This document shows, in pieces, positions 37,962 through 47,579 of a stretch of DNA of 64,000 nt. Under the pieces are notes generated by a model. The model had not been told where the DNA came from, ran no database searches, and worked only from the letters and a program-made list of their open reading frames with translations. The DNA lies in contig CAYTIB010000114.1 in assembly GCA_964437725.1 (NCBI GenBank), forward strand, positions 2,695-66,694, read 5' to 3'. A program made the translations under genes and the position numbers. Source of the stretch: an uncultured bacterium (GTDB lineage: Bacteria > UBA8248 > JACPRG01 > G963555815). Position 1 is the first letter of the stretch; every line of letters begins with the position of its first letter.

Positions 37962-39164
37962 ATGACTTCGCTTGCCCTCACGAACATCGAATCCGTCATT
38001 TCCGGTTCACTCGAAACTGGGCTGATTGATGCAGACACCATTTTGGTTGAGGACGGTAGGATCAAGGAACTGGGACAGGGGTTGGATACTTCCGCTTGTG
38101 ACAGGATTTTAAATTGTGTCGGTACTACTGTTGCACCCGGCCTAATTGATGGACACCTCCACGTGGTTATTGGGGATTATACACCCCGACAAAAGACCGT
38201 CGGTTTTTTAGAAAGTTGGGTGCATGGGGGAGTTACCAGTGGTGTTTCTCCTAGCGAAGTCCATGCGCCGGGACGCCCTAAAGACCCTGTGGGTGTTAAG
38301 GCCTTGGCTATTGCTGCACACAAATGCTTCAGTCAATTTCGCCCGGGCGGGTTCAAGATGCATGCAGGTTCAGTAATTATTGAACCAGGGTTGGAGGAAA
38401 AAGACTTTAAAGAGATGGCGGCCGCGGGTGTCTGGCTTGCTAAAGTTGGTTTTGGAGATTTTGAAAACCAGGCGGATTGTGCGCCAATCGTTCGTATTGC
38501 TCAGCAATATGGTTTCAAAGTCCTTTGCCACACGGGTGGGGCTTCTATCCCTGGTAGTTCCCCGGTGATGGCCGAGGATCTTTTGGAGATCCGGCCAGAT
38601 ATAGCCGCTCACATCAACGGAGGCACGAAGGCCTTATCTGATGAAGGATTAGAACGGGTCATTCATGAAACGGATATCGATTTGCAAATATGCCAGTGCG
38701 GTAACTTGCGTAGCGCACTGCTCACCGTCGAGCGTTGCAAAGGGCTGGGCCAATTAGATCGAATCGATATTGCTAGCGACTCACCGTCTGGAACAGGAAT
38801 TTTACCGATGGGGGTAATCAAATCCATTGTCGAGCTTGCGTCTCTTGCCGACCTCAAAGCTCAAGAAGTTTGGGCACTGGGAAGCGGGACTCCAGCTAAG
38901 CATTGGGGGCTGAAGGATCAAGGTACGATTCAGGTGGGTGCCGCAGCGGATTTGGTTATCATGGACGCTCCATTGGGTTCTGTGGCAACAAATGCTTTGG
39001 AGGCAATCGAATTAGGAGACATTCCCGGGATTACAGGTGTTTTGATCGATGGCCGAGTTTGGGCTATGAAGAGTCGGAATACACCCGCTGCTACTCGATT
39101 TTGTGAATGGGAACGCGTGGGGTCTGGGGATTCTCCTAATGTGGCTGATCACCTGGGTTGGTAG
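37962..39164 (+). CDS. Metal-dependent amidohydrolase-superfamily protein (enamidase-like)
   Basis: 400 aa. The N-terminal beta-sandwich is followed by PGLIDGHLHVVIGDYTPRQ (HxH metal motif), with later H…H and D ligand positions typical of the amidohydrolase fold. Confidence 0.6.
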   Translation: MTSLALTNIESVISGSLETGLIDADTILVEDGRIKELGQGLDTSACDRILNCVGTTVAPGLIDGHLHVVIGDYTPRQKTVGFLESWVHGGVTSGVSPSEVHAPGRPKDPVGVKALAIAAHKCFSQFRPGGFKMHAGSVIIEPGLEEKDFKEMAAAGVWLAKVGFGDFENQADCAPIVRIAQQYGFKVLCHTGGASIPGSSPVMAEDLLEIRPDIAAHINGGTKALSDEGLERVIHETDIDLQICQCGNLRSALLTVERCKGLGQLDRIDIASDSPSGTGILPMGVIKSIVELASLADLKAQEVWALGSGTPAKHWGLKDQGTIQVGAAADLVIMDAPLGSVATNALEAIELGDIPGITGVLIDGRVWAMKSRNTPAATRFCEWERVGSGDSPNVADHLGW

Positions 39165-39409
39165 GGAGTATGATCAAGCAGTCAAGACTGAATTGACTAG
39201 GTTTTAATTTTCGCCCTACTTCCTTTTGCCAAACCCCCGGTTAGCCTTGTGGTACGGATGTTGCGAGGTTCCTTGCAACGTGGAAAGTGCCAGTTCTATT
39301 GATAATCATGGATCGTAAGCCAGGTAAATCAGCAAAATTGTAATTCAAGGGTGTTGTGGATACCCTTTTAGCTCAGTTTCACCGATACCCAAGGGAAAGG
39401 GGATGATAC

Positions 39410-40003
39410 ATGGCCTGGATTTGTACCGTTGATGAATCAAAGGCTGAGGGGCTTCTCAAGGAAAACTATGAAATTCTCAAGAAATCACGAGGGGATATTC
39501 CGAACGTCCACAAAGTCCATAGCATTAAGCCGGAGCTTATGGCGGCCTATCGTGAATTCGGATCTGCCGTAACCTTCGGTGCAACAAGTTTGGGAAGAGA
39601 ACGAGAGGAAATACTCGCCGTGGTTATCTCCGCGTTATTAGGGTGTAAGTACTGAACTGTTTCTCACGGAGAGTTTCTCTGTGATGTTACCTCAGGAGAT
39701 GCAAAATCTAAGGCTATTGCCCTGAAGGAAGATTATCGGAAAGCTGGTCTTACCCCAGCTGATCAAGCAATGGTGGAGTTCGCGGAGAAAATCACTCTCA
39801 AGCCTAGTACCATCGTCTGTTCGGATGTCGAAAATCTACGGACGCATGGATTCGACGATCGGGCCATTCTGGAAATTGTGACAGTTTCGGCCTATCGAAA
39901 TTACATTGCTCGTATAGCCAGTGCCTTGGGAGTAGAGGTTGACGAAAGTATATTTCGCAATGATCCGGAAGTGCGGGCCAGATTGGAAGAGGGACTAGCT
40001 TAG
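39410..40003 (+). CDS. AhpD/carboxymuconolactone-decarboxylase-like peroxidase-related selenoprotein (in-frame UGA = Sec at 39653-39655)
   Basis: Track ORFs 39410-39655 and 39770-40003 share a frame, and TGA 39653 is the only stop between them. Read-through gives 197 codons of continuous CMD/AhpD-like sequence with the TGA at the second Cys of the CxxC motif (GC-K-Y-U-TVSHG). A SECIS-like hairpin follows, and selA/selB are in the window. Confidence 0.8.
39664..39684 (+). promoter_or_regulatory. SECIS-like hairpin for the AhpD-like selenoprotein
   Basis: 8-bp stem (39664-39671 pairing with 39677-39684, one G.U) with apical loop AGUUU (39672-39676). The stem begins 9 nt after the UGA. Confidence 0.6.
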
Positions 40004-40089
40004 TGAGGATCGTCTGTTGTAGGTAAATCCCAAAAAATGAGCCCGTGGGCTTTTCGACGTAATTTGGAGGCTGACCTAAGGTTTGTTGC

Positions 40090-40401
40090 TCAGGGTCTTT
40101 TTTCCTTCTTGAGAGGGTGCTTAGCTCGGGCTTCTCCTTCCGCATGAAGTTTTGTGTCGTGTTCCCAAAGGATTTTTTCCATTGTTTTTCGAACTTCTTC
40201 TGCCTCTTCGGATATTTCTAGTGCTACGAGACACTTCAAGGATATTGAGAGTGCTTTGTAGTTGTAAGGGTATAAATTTGGGAGGGTAAGGTAGGCTTCG
40301 CGGGCCAATGCCAAGGCTTTTTCTGCATCACTGTTTTTGAGAGCAGAGTTTGAGGATTCTAAAAGCTCATGATGATGCTCCAGGTTTGGGTCAGTGTCCA
40401 T
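40090..40401 (-). CDS. Small helical (TPR-like) hypothetical protein
   Basis: 103-aa ORF. It is helical, carries an Ala/Leu repeat and has a basic tail. No family is recognised. Confidence 0.35.
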   Translation of the reverse strand: MDTDPNLEHHHELLESSNSALKNSDAEKALALAREAYLTLPNLYPYNYKALSISLKCLVALEISEEAEEVRKTMEKILWEHDTKLHAEGEARAKHPLKKEKRP

Positions 40402-40554
40402 TGTTTTTCCTCAATCTTTGGAAGTCCGTTCCCCTCTTTTTCGATTCGATAAAAATTGTGTAGCTAATCAAAAAAGATCATTCAAATGCAATTTGTAAAA
40501 GAGAATTCAATTACGCTAAACAGTTTCCTATGAATTAGGGTTTCCAGGTTTCCT

Positions 40555-41427
40555 TTATAGTGGGGCGGACTGGATGACTTCCTGCCATGCTAATAGGCGG
40601 TCCCTTTTTTGCTCGGCCCCGTTGGCATCATAATTTGCAATCAGATTTTGACACATGCGTGTGAGAATCGCCCTACTACCCGCCGGTTTTTCTAATTCAT
40701 TTTGGACGGAATGACCCATAGCACGGAGGAAAGCTAAGCATTCTTGGTGATTCATATTTCGTCCGCCATGGAAAGTGTCGATGTAGATGAATTCCATTTC
40801 TGTCCGCTCTCTTCGGAACCTGACTAAGAAATGGCCTGGGGCAGAGATTCCTTCAAGGGGCAATCCGATCCGTCGTGCAACCAAAAGATACAGCGAGGAC
40901 AAACTAATCGGAATTCCAAGTTTTCGGTCTAGCACGCAGTTTATATAGCTATTTTCAGGTTCTCGATACCCTTGGACATTTCCGCGAAATTCGGATTCGA
41001 AATGGAGATAGCGTTGGAAAACCTTGAGAGCTTCTATATCTTGGGCTCCCCGCAAAAGAGGGTCAATGTCAGCTGCCATCTCATCTAACTGCCTCCGGTA
41101 ATGGTCTTCATTAAAGTCTGGATATTCGAGCTGGGTAAGAAGAAACCAACCTTCCTCAAGGTCCGGTTCTGGCCCACCCGGGTCCACCCAACGGCGAAGA
41201 CGCCCCAGCATTGACTGCTCATGAATCTTCCCGAGTGTCTCTCGCGCTCGAAGTCGTACTATAGAATACTTACCCCCATCCGCTTCTCGCTGAAGCTGCC
41301 CAAGAATGTTTTCCCCTAGATTTAAAAGTTGTTTCTCAATTGATAACCAAACATGCGGATCTGGGTCACGCATCAATGAAATAAGCGCATCTATCGAGCT
41401 TCTGGATATTGTTTTTTTGTTTTTCAT
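40555..41427 (-). CDS. SirB1/UPF0162-type transglutaminase-like protein
   Basis: 290 aa. The core F.GN...Y.EPENSY.N.VLDRK.GIPISLS.LYLLVARR.GLPLEG...PGHFLVRF is the signature of the SirB1 N-terminal (transglutaminase-like) family. Confidence 0.7.
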   Translation of the reverse strand: MKNKKTISRSSIDALISLMRDPDPHVWLSIEKQLLNLGENILGQLQREADGGKYSIVRLRARETLGKIHEQSMLGRLRRWVDPGGPEPDLEEGWFLLTQLEYPDFNEDHYRRQLDEMAADIDPLLRGAQDIEALKVFQRYLHFESEFRGNVQGYREPENSYINCVLDRKLGIPISLSSLYLLVARRIGLPLEGISAPGHFLVRFRRERTEMEFIYIDTFHGGRNMNHQECLAFLRAMGHSVQNELEKPAGSRAILTRMCQNLIANYDANGAEQKRDRLLAWQEVIQSAPL

Positions 41428-41489
41428 TTTTTGATCCCCGATGGATCGTCAGGATACATTCTCCATCTTAACGTAATGTGTCCCTATAC

Positions 41490-41918
41490 TCACGGTTGGT
41501 GACCAATGGAAACAGGTCGGTTCAATTGTGGATTGCGCTCAGAATAGAGAATCTGGATCGTATCTCCTATTTTTGTATTCGTCCACTTTTCGTGTTTTGC
41601 AGAAGACTGGCCCTTTATAAACCTTCCTTTTTGTGTCTGGAAGCGGTAGATGATACGCGTTGCCATTGTCCCTGTAACATCTTGAAAAGGCTCTTTTGCA
41701 ATCACCCAACCTTCTGCCAAGACGGGGTACTCGTCAATTGGCTTTTGCCCGAAAAGTGGAAAGTACCAAAAATGGAGAGAAAGGGTGGCCGCTAGTATTA
41801 AGCCTGCTACAGAGCCGAATAGCAGCCGTCCACGACGGCTTAGTTTAGGGCTCGGTGCCCGTTTTTTTGTCACACGCCAATTCCGAATCGGATAATTGTT
41901 TTTGAAAGCGGCATACAA
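41490..41918 (-). CDS. DUF3592-like membrane protein
   Basis: 142 aa. One TM helix (LLFGSVAGLILAATLSLHFWYF) is followed by a beta-rich domain with a Y.F…G…G..I.ILYSERNP pattern. An antisense ORF (41478-41795) has no such features. Confidence 0.45.
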   Translation of the reverse strand: MYAAFKNNYPIRNWRVTKKRAPSPKLSRRGRLLFGSVAGLILAATLSLHFWYFPLFGQKPIDEYPVLAEGWVIAKEPFQDVTGTMATRIIYRFQTQKGRFIKGQSSAKHEKWTNTKIGDTIQILYSERNPQLNRPVSIGHQP

Positions 41919-42271
41919 GAGGAACTCAGCACTGGGCCCCGATTATAGCACGAGTAAATAAGGAAACGTGAGGAAGGGTATAAAGGTGACGCCCATGCGG
42001 TTTGCAGGGTTATTTCAGTTGGGGTGGGTGCCTCAGGCATGAATGTTCGCCTGTTTACAATAAGGTTTCCCTTTGGGGTGCAAGAGTTACCTAATATCTC
42101 AAAACGCTTTCTATGTATTTGAAGTGTAATCGGTTAAAGAACTTGCACTGTTGGAATTTCTTGACTTTTCGATGGTGCGGTGCTAAGTGACTAGTGGCTG
42201 CTCGGCAGTAGTAATCTTCCTTTGAACTGAAGATCACCTTTTTAAATTTTATCAACCGAGGTCCGAAATTA

Positions 42272-43021
42272 ATGTCCGGTCATTCAAAGTGGTCTAGCAT
42301 CAAGCACAAAAAGGCTGCGACCGACTCCAAAAGGGGCAAGATTTTTAGCAAGTTGATTAAGGAGATAACGGTCTCTGCTCGATTAGGCGGCAAGGATCCG
42401 GAAGGCAATCCGAGGCTTCGGACTGCCATTGCGACTGCTAAGAACGCCAATATGCCTCACGATAATATAGACCGAGCAATCCTCAAGGGTGCTGGTGAGC
42501 TTGAAGGCGTTACTTATGATGAGGTTACTTACGAAGGTTACGGTGCAGGGGGAGTTGCCGTATTGATACAGGTATTGACGGATAATCGAAACCGGACCGT
42601 TGCGGAGTTACGGCACATCTTTTCAAAATCTGGTGGAAATCTGGCTGAAGCCGGCTCGGTAGCTTGGATGTTCGAGAAAAAAGGAATTATCTTTGTGGCA
42701 TTGGAGAAGGTGATAGAGGATGAGTTGATGGAAATAGTTTTAGAGGCAGGTGCTGATGACCTTATTATGGAGGAGGATTATTTTGTCATCGCTACTTCGC
42801 CTGAGTTGCTCGAGGGTGTCCGTAATACTTTAATTGAACGAGGTATTGCAATTTATTCGGCGGAACAAACCATGGTTCCCCAGAGCCCACTCGCAATAAC
42901 AGGCGAAAAAGCTCGCAATGTTCTCACCCTGATGGATGTGCTCGATGACCATGATGATGTACAAAATGTCTATACGAACGCTGATATTCCCAACTCAATT
43001 GTAGAGGAAGTAGAAGCTTAG
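42272..43021 (+). CDS. yebC: YebC/PmpR-family transcriptional regulator
   Basis: 249 aa with the N-terminus MSGHSKWSSIKHKKAATDSKRGKIFSKLIKEI, the invariant YebC signature. Confidence 0.95.
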   Translation: MSGHSKWSSIKHKKAATDSKRGKIFSKLIKEITVSARLGGKDPEGNPRLRTAIATAKNANMPHDNIDRAILKGAGELEGVTYDEVTYEGYGAGGVAVLIQVLTDNRNRTVAELRHIFSKSGGNLAEAGSVAWMFEKKGIIFVALEKVIEDELMEIVLEAGADDLIMEEDYFVIATSPELLEGVRNTLIERGIAIYSAEQTMVPQSPLAITGEKARNVLTLMDVLDDHDDVQNVYTNADIPNSIVEEVEA

Positions 43022-43074
43022 CTTTCCACTTTCCCAATTACCTTTTGTTTCAATAAGAGCCAATTGGTTTTTTG

Positions 43075-44211
43075 TCACCCTGTAAATTCTAAAATTTCTA
43101 AGCCATCGAATCGATCCAATAAATAGATCAAACCGTCGGTGTCCATAAATACGTCGTTACTTTGGACCATTGTTTGGTCTTTGCCCGGTTCCGGGACAAA
43201 GTGCCCTACCTCCTGAGGTTTGTAGGGGTTGCTGATATCCAGTACTCGCATTCCGCCCGCAAACCAAGTTAGGGATAGGATGTTGTGTTCATACACTTGC
43301 TCTTGGGGCTGATGAGCACCGAACCATTCTCCACCGTCGAATTCGTGGTCTTGTTCACATGACCAGGTGGAAACTGGAATGGGATTGGTTTCATCTGTGA
43401 TGTCGACCATCCAAAACCAACCGTTGGGTTTGGAAGCAAGTCTGTCACCGATATCTTCGTCCGTGGCAGCCATAAATCGACGGCCCTTCAAGTCGTGAGG
43501 GATGGGAAGCGCTGTGTGGGTTGGACAGACATAAGGAGGGCTCCAGTCCAAGTGGCTGACCATTTTGGGTTGACTCATGTCTGCAATATCCAAAATCACA
43601 AATCCACCCAACCAATAACTGACGTAGAGTCGGTTACCAAGTTTGAGTGGGTGATGGCATTTGTGTTGGGTACCTTCCCATGTGGGAGTTTCTCCGCCGT
43701 CCACCCATTGCCCTGGCATCCACCAGCGTCCGACTTCTTCGGGGTTCTCCGGATTGTTTAAATCAGCAATCAGGACAATGTTTCCTAAGTACCCCTCCAT
43801 GAAGGGAGAGAAATAAGCGTAGCGGCCATCAAAGTCGAAACGGTGAACGCCCCCCTCCGCAGTTTGGAAAAGAGCGATCTCTTTGGGTTTAGTGGGATCA
43901 GAAACGTCATACACCTTGAGGCCGGCACCATTACCGGGTCCGTTTCCGTAGTTTTCAACGTTGGTAAGCATGATCCCATCATGCACACGCACTTTATGGG
44001 TGTGAACACCTTCAGGAATTTGTATATGTGAAAGTGTCCGTATGTTCTTTGGATCGGAGACGTCTAAGATTGTAGTTCCATGGGGTGCTTTCATGTGGCC
44101 AATATAGGCTCGCTTATCAACGACTGTAACTTGACCACCGCCTGGGATATCGATCCGTCCGATTCGTTGGACGTTTTTTGAGCTTCCATGAAATTGCTTA
44201 TATTTTGACAT
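43075..44211 (-). CDS. LVIVD-repeat beta-propeller protein
   Basis: Repeated blocks GLKVYDVSDPTKP, GFVILDIADMSQP, GMRVLDISNPYKP and GLEILEF match the LVIVD repeat pattern. Confidence 0.65.
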   Translation of the reverse strand: MSKYKQFHGSSKNVQRIGRIDIPGGGQVTVVDKRAYIGHMKAPHGTTILDVSDPKNIRTLSHIQIPEGVHTHKVRVHDGIMLTNVENYGNGPGNGAGLKVYDVSDPTKPKEIALFQTAEGGVHRFDFDGRYAYFSPFMEGYLGNIVLIADLNNPENPEEVGRWWMPGQWVDGGETPTWEGTQHKCHHPLKLGNRLYVSYWLGGFVILDIADMSQPKMVSHLDWSPPYVCPTHTALPIPHDLKGRRFMAATDEDIGDRLASKPNGWFWMVDITDETNPIPVSTWSCEQDHEFDGGEWFGAHQPQEQVYEHNILSLTWFAGGMRVLDISNPYKPQEVGHFVPEPGKDQTMVQSNDVFMDTDGLIYLLDRFDGLEILEFTG

Positions 44212-44398
44212 TACTTAAGTCCTCTCGAATTTTGTACTGTCCTGTATTTTAACATGCACAACGGAGTATGAAGGGAAATCGGGATCTTGAGCCTTTTATA
44301 CACCCGCAATTCATTGCGGGAAAGAACAGAAGGTAGCTGTCTAAACGAAGTGAAATTAAAAACCTTTCGTTAGGCTTTCGAGTTTTCAGCAATTCAAG

Positions 44399-45049
44399 CT
44401 AGTGTGGGCGGAGCTTAACAATTTTTTCCCAGGGGATAGCACCTTCCCTGATCAGAACAGGTTCCTTCTTTCGCACGTCGACCATTGTCGATGGTAAGCC
44501 ACCTGGTGTTTCCCCTGCCTCGAGAACCAGATCTAGGTGCTCCCCTATGTTGCGAATAACATCCTCTGGAGTTTTTGGAGGGTTTGTTCCCGAATAATTT
44601 GCACTCGTTGCAGTTAAGGGGACTTTTGCTTGACGCGTGACTTCAGCAGCTAGCCGACACCCTGGTACGCGAACGCTTACGCCGTTTCCTTCACCCAAAA
44701 CTCCCTTTGGCAGATTCTGCTTTGCGTCCAGAATTAGACTGAGGGGTCCTGGCCAAAATTCCTCTATGAGTGTCACGGCGAATGGAGGGATATTTGTCGT
44801 AACCATCTCGATCATGTTTCTGTCGGCCAATAGAAGGCCTAACGGTTTTCCATCGGGTCTTCCTTTCGCCGCGAGGACTCGATCCACTGCGTTCCGATTT
44901 AGGCCGTTGGCAGCAAGAGCGTAGAAGGTTTCTGTTGGCAGGCCAACGAGCCCCACCTTTTTTATGATCCTCGCTGCTTCTGTTACGGTGGAGGAATTTG
45001 GATTGTCCGGATCGACAGTAATCCTTTGTATTCCAGAGGGTTTTGGCAT
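44399..45049 (-). CDS. tsaC: L-threonylcarbamoyladenylate synthase (YrdC/TsaC domain)
   Basis: YrdC-domain blocks are VGLPTETFYALAAN, …K.RP..KPL…, and LTATSANYSG. ATG 45049 is preceded by GGAGA. The ORF is open to 45142. Confidence 0.8.
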   Translation of the reverse strand: MPKPSGIQRITVDPDNPNSSTVTEAARIIKKVGLVGLPTETFYALAANGLNRNAVDRVLAAKGRPDGKPLGLLLADRNMIEMVTTNIPPFAVTLIEEFWPGPLSLILDAKQNLPKGVLGEGNGVSVRVPGCRLAAEVTRQAKVPLTATSANYSGTNPPKTPEDVIRNIGEHLDLVLEAGETPGGLPSTMVDVRKKEPVLIREGAIPWEKIVKLRPH

Positions 45050-45265
45050 CAAGGAAGATCTCCGATGACTGCTAAAGATTAGCTGTCGATCTGAATTCTT
45101 GACAAAGAAATAATGGGCCCTAGTTAGCACGCAAGAGATCATGAGTCAATGGGAAGTAGAAGACACAATCGGATTTTCAACCGAATACAAGCTTGACTTC
45201 ATGAAAGGCTCCCTCCTATTCTCAGAAATTATGAAATCTGTGAATATTCAGACAATGAGCTGTGG

Positions 45266-46678
45266 ATGAAAAAATCTATGGATCTGTTTGAAGACGATGA
45301 CTCGGCAGAATTAGAGTTTCGATCCTCAGGGCATTCTTTTTTTGATGAGAGGGAAGGGGTTGCTGATAGTCAGGAGCCCTTCCGTCCCCTTGCAGATCGA
45401 ATGCGTGCGGATTGTCTGAAAGATTTCCTCGGGCAGGATCATGTTCTCGGCCCTGGGCAGGTTCTGCGCCGAATTGTGGAAGTAGATGAGCCGACCTCTA
45501 TCATTCTCTGGGGGCCTCCCGGGTCGGGTAAAACTACCCTTGCCCATATCATTGCGAAGAGGACAGATGCTAATTTCATCTCTTTCAGTGCAGTCCTGGG
45601 TGGGGTGAAAGAATTACGAGACATTGTCAAAGTTGCTCAGAAAGCGCAGAAGGTTCAGCGCCGGCGGACTGTTCTATTCGTTGACGAGATTCATCGGTTC
45701 AACAAAGCTCAGCAGGATGCTTTCCTTCCTCACGTTGAGTGTGGGTTGATCACTCTAATTGGAGCCACTACAGAAAATCCATCTTTCGAAGTCAATTCGT
45801 CGCTACTTTCGCGGTGCCAGGTATTTGTTTTGGAAGGATTGACAGTTGGTCAGATTCGGGAATTGCTTTGCCGTGCGTTAGTGGATCAAAAAGGACTTGC
45901 GTCGCTCCGGGTGAAAATTGAAGAAGATGCCTTGGAACATCTATCAAAGATGTCTAATGGTGATGCCCGAATTTCTCTTAATGCGCTGGAAATGGCCACC
46001 CTTGCTGCAAAACCGGACTCGGAGGGGTGGCGTCATGTTTCATTGTCCGACGCTGAAGATGCTCTTCAACGACGCGTCCCTCTTTATGATCGTGCGGGCG
46101 AAGAACACTTCAATATTATTTCAGCCTTTCACAAAAGTCTTCGGGGCAGCGATCCTGATGCTTCTCTTTACTGGCTAGCCCGAATGATCGAAGCGGGTGA
46201 GGATCCACTATACGTAGCCAGAAGGATGGTTCGTTTTGCCTCAGAGGATATAGGTGTGGCGGATCCAAATGCTCTGTCGCAAGCTGTTGCAGCCAAGGAG
46301 GCCTTTCACTTTATCGGTCCACCGGAGGGATACCTGGCTTTGGCCCAAGCGGCCGTATATCTTGCCGTTGCCCCAAAGAGCAACGCCGTCTATCGTGCAT
46401 ATACGAACGCCGTTCGGGATGTGAAGGAAACTATAAATGAGCCAGTCCCACATCATATCCGAAATGCACCCACTCGGTTGATGTCTAAACTAGGGTACGG
46501 GAAAGGGTATCAATATGCCCATGATAACGAAGATGGTTTTACTCCCGGTCAGACTTATCTTCCGAAGAACCTGGACGGTCGAATTTACTACCACCCGACT
46601 AATCGGGGTTTTGAGACGACCGTTGCCGAGCGCCTTGCTCATTGGAGGGATCTGGTGAAAAAAGATCAGAGTTCTTGA
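45266..46678 (+). CDS. rarA: Replication-associated recombination protein A (AAA+ ATPase)
   Basis: 470 aa with Walker A GPPGSGKTT, Walker B LFVDEIHRFNK, GATTENPSFEV, and the C-terminal MgsA domain (HFN.ISAFHKS.RGSDPDA.LYW.ARM…GYGKGYQYAHD). Confidence 0.95.
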   Translation: MKKSMDLFEDDDSAELEFRSSGHSFFDEREGVADSQEPFRPLADRMRADCLKDFLGQDHVLGPGQVLRRIVEVDEPTSIILWGPPGSGKTTLAHIIAKRTDANFISFSAVLGGVKELRDIVKVAQKAQKVQRRRTVLFVDEIHRFNKAQQDAFLPHVECGLITLIGATTENPSFEVNSSLLSRCQVFVLEGLTVGQIRELLCRALVDQKGLASLRVKIEEDALEHLSKMSNGDARISLNALEMATLAAKPDSEGWRHVSLSDAEDALQRRVPLYDRAGEEHFNIISAFHKSLRGSDPDASLYWLARMIEAGEDPLYVARRMVRFASEDIGVADPNALSQAVAAKEAFHFIGPPEGYLALAQAAVYLAVAPKSNAVYRAYTNAVRDVKETINEPVPHHIRNAPTRLMSKLGYGKGYQYAHDNEDGFTPGQTYLPKNLDGRIYYHPTNRGFETTVAERLAHWRDLVKKDQSS

Positions 46679-46805
46679 CGGAAAATCAATCACCTTAGTG
46701 CAACGCTCTGATCGATGGATCTATGCGGATCAGCTTATTTGGTATGCCTGAATCGTGGTAATATTCCAACTGAGCCAATGGTTTTCCGACTTGGAGATTG
46801 CTTAG

Positions 46806-47477
46806 ATGGCCGCAATGGATTCGCGAAGTTTTGTTCAGCATTTGCAAAATGTTTATACAGAGGCTGTATCCGATCGGCGTTTTATATATGCGGAGTGGTT
46901 CAAGCAAAAGGGTGATAGGCTTCGGGAAGCTTATCGGCAGTTGGCGTGTGCCTACTGGGCTAGCTCGGAAGTACATGCAAAGGCTCAGGCACGATTTGAA
47001 CAAGTTCTACGAATCGACACCAAAATCAAGTTGGCTCGTCAAGTTTGGGAGGAAGCCCGGCATTGCAAGGATGTTACTCGTCTGCTCAAAGAATCATTCA
47101 GGGAAAATTTTAAAGCTGATGACTACGAACCGGTACCTGAACTGACGAAATGTTTTTATGATTACTATGGGAACATTGATGACGTGGGTGGTTATTTTGC
47201 CGCGCATAACATGGCAGGAGAACGTACGGCTCTTCTTATGCTTGAAGAGGCCGCCGTATTTGCTAGGGCGGAGAGCATGGGGAGCCTGGCTCGGTTTGCG
47301 GAGAAAGTTATACCCGAGGAACGCCTTCATGTTCGTTTAGGTGAGGAAATTGTGGGAGAATTCGCCGTCGATGAAGATACACAAGAAAGGTTGGAGGAAC
47401 ACTTTAAAAAGGGACTAGAAGCTCATTGGAATTACACAGAGGGGGTTTATCAGAAAATTACCAGTCTAAATGGGTGA
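46806..47477 (+). CDS. Ferritin-like di-iron-carboxylate-type protein, paralog 1 (first ligand Glu substituted)
   Basis: 223 aa. Helix-bundle pattern with WEEARH and PEERLH (two ExxH) and AGERTAL. The position aligned to the first Glu of paralog 2 (LACAEY) is Tyr (LACAYW). Confidence 0.55.
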   Translation: MAAMDSRSFVQHLQNVYTEAVSDRRFIYAEWFKQKGDRLREAYRQLACAYWASSEVHAKAQARFEQVLRIDTKIKLARQVWEEARHCKDVTRLLKESFRENFKADDYEPVPELTKCFYDYYGNIDDVGGYFAAHNMAGERTALLMLEEAAVFARAESMGSLARFAEKVIPEERLHVRLGEEIVGEFAVDEDTQERLEEHFKKGLEAHWNYTEGVYQKITSLNG

Positions 47478-47579
47478 TACATGTTTCCTTTTGCAAAAGT
47501 CGCTATTAACATCTTATAGATGCGGGCCGAAGAGAGAACAAATAGGCTCAAAGATAGGCTATATGAGGAGAGGTGGTCG

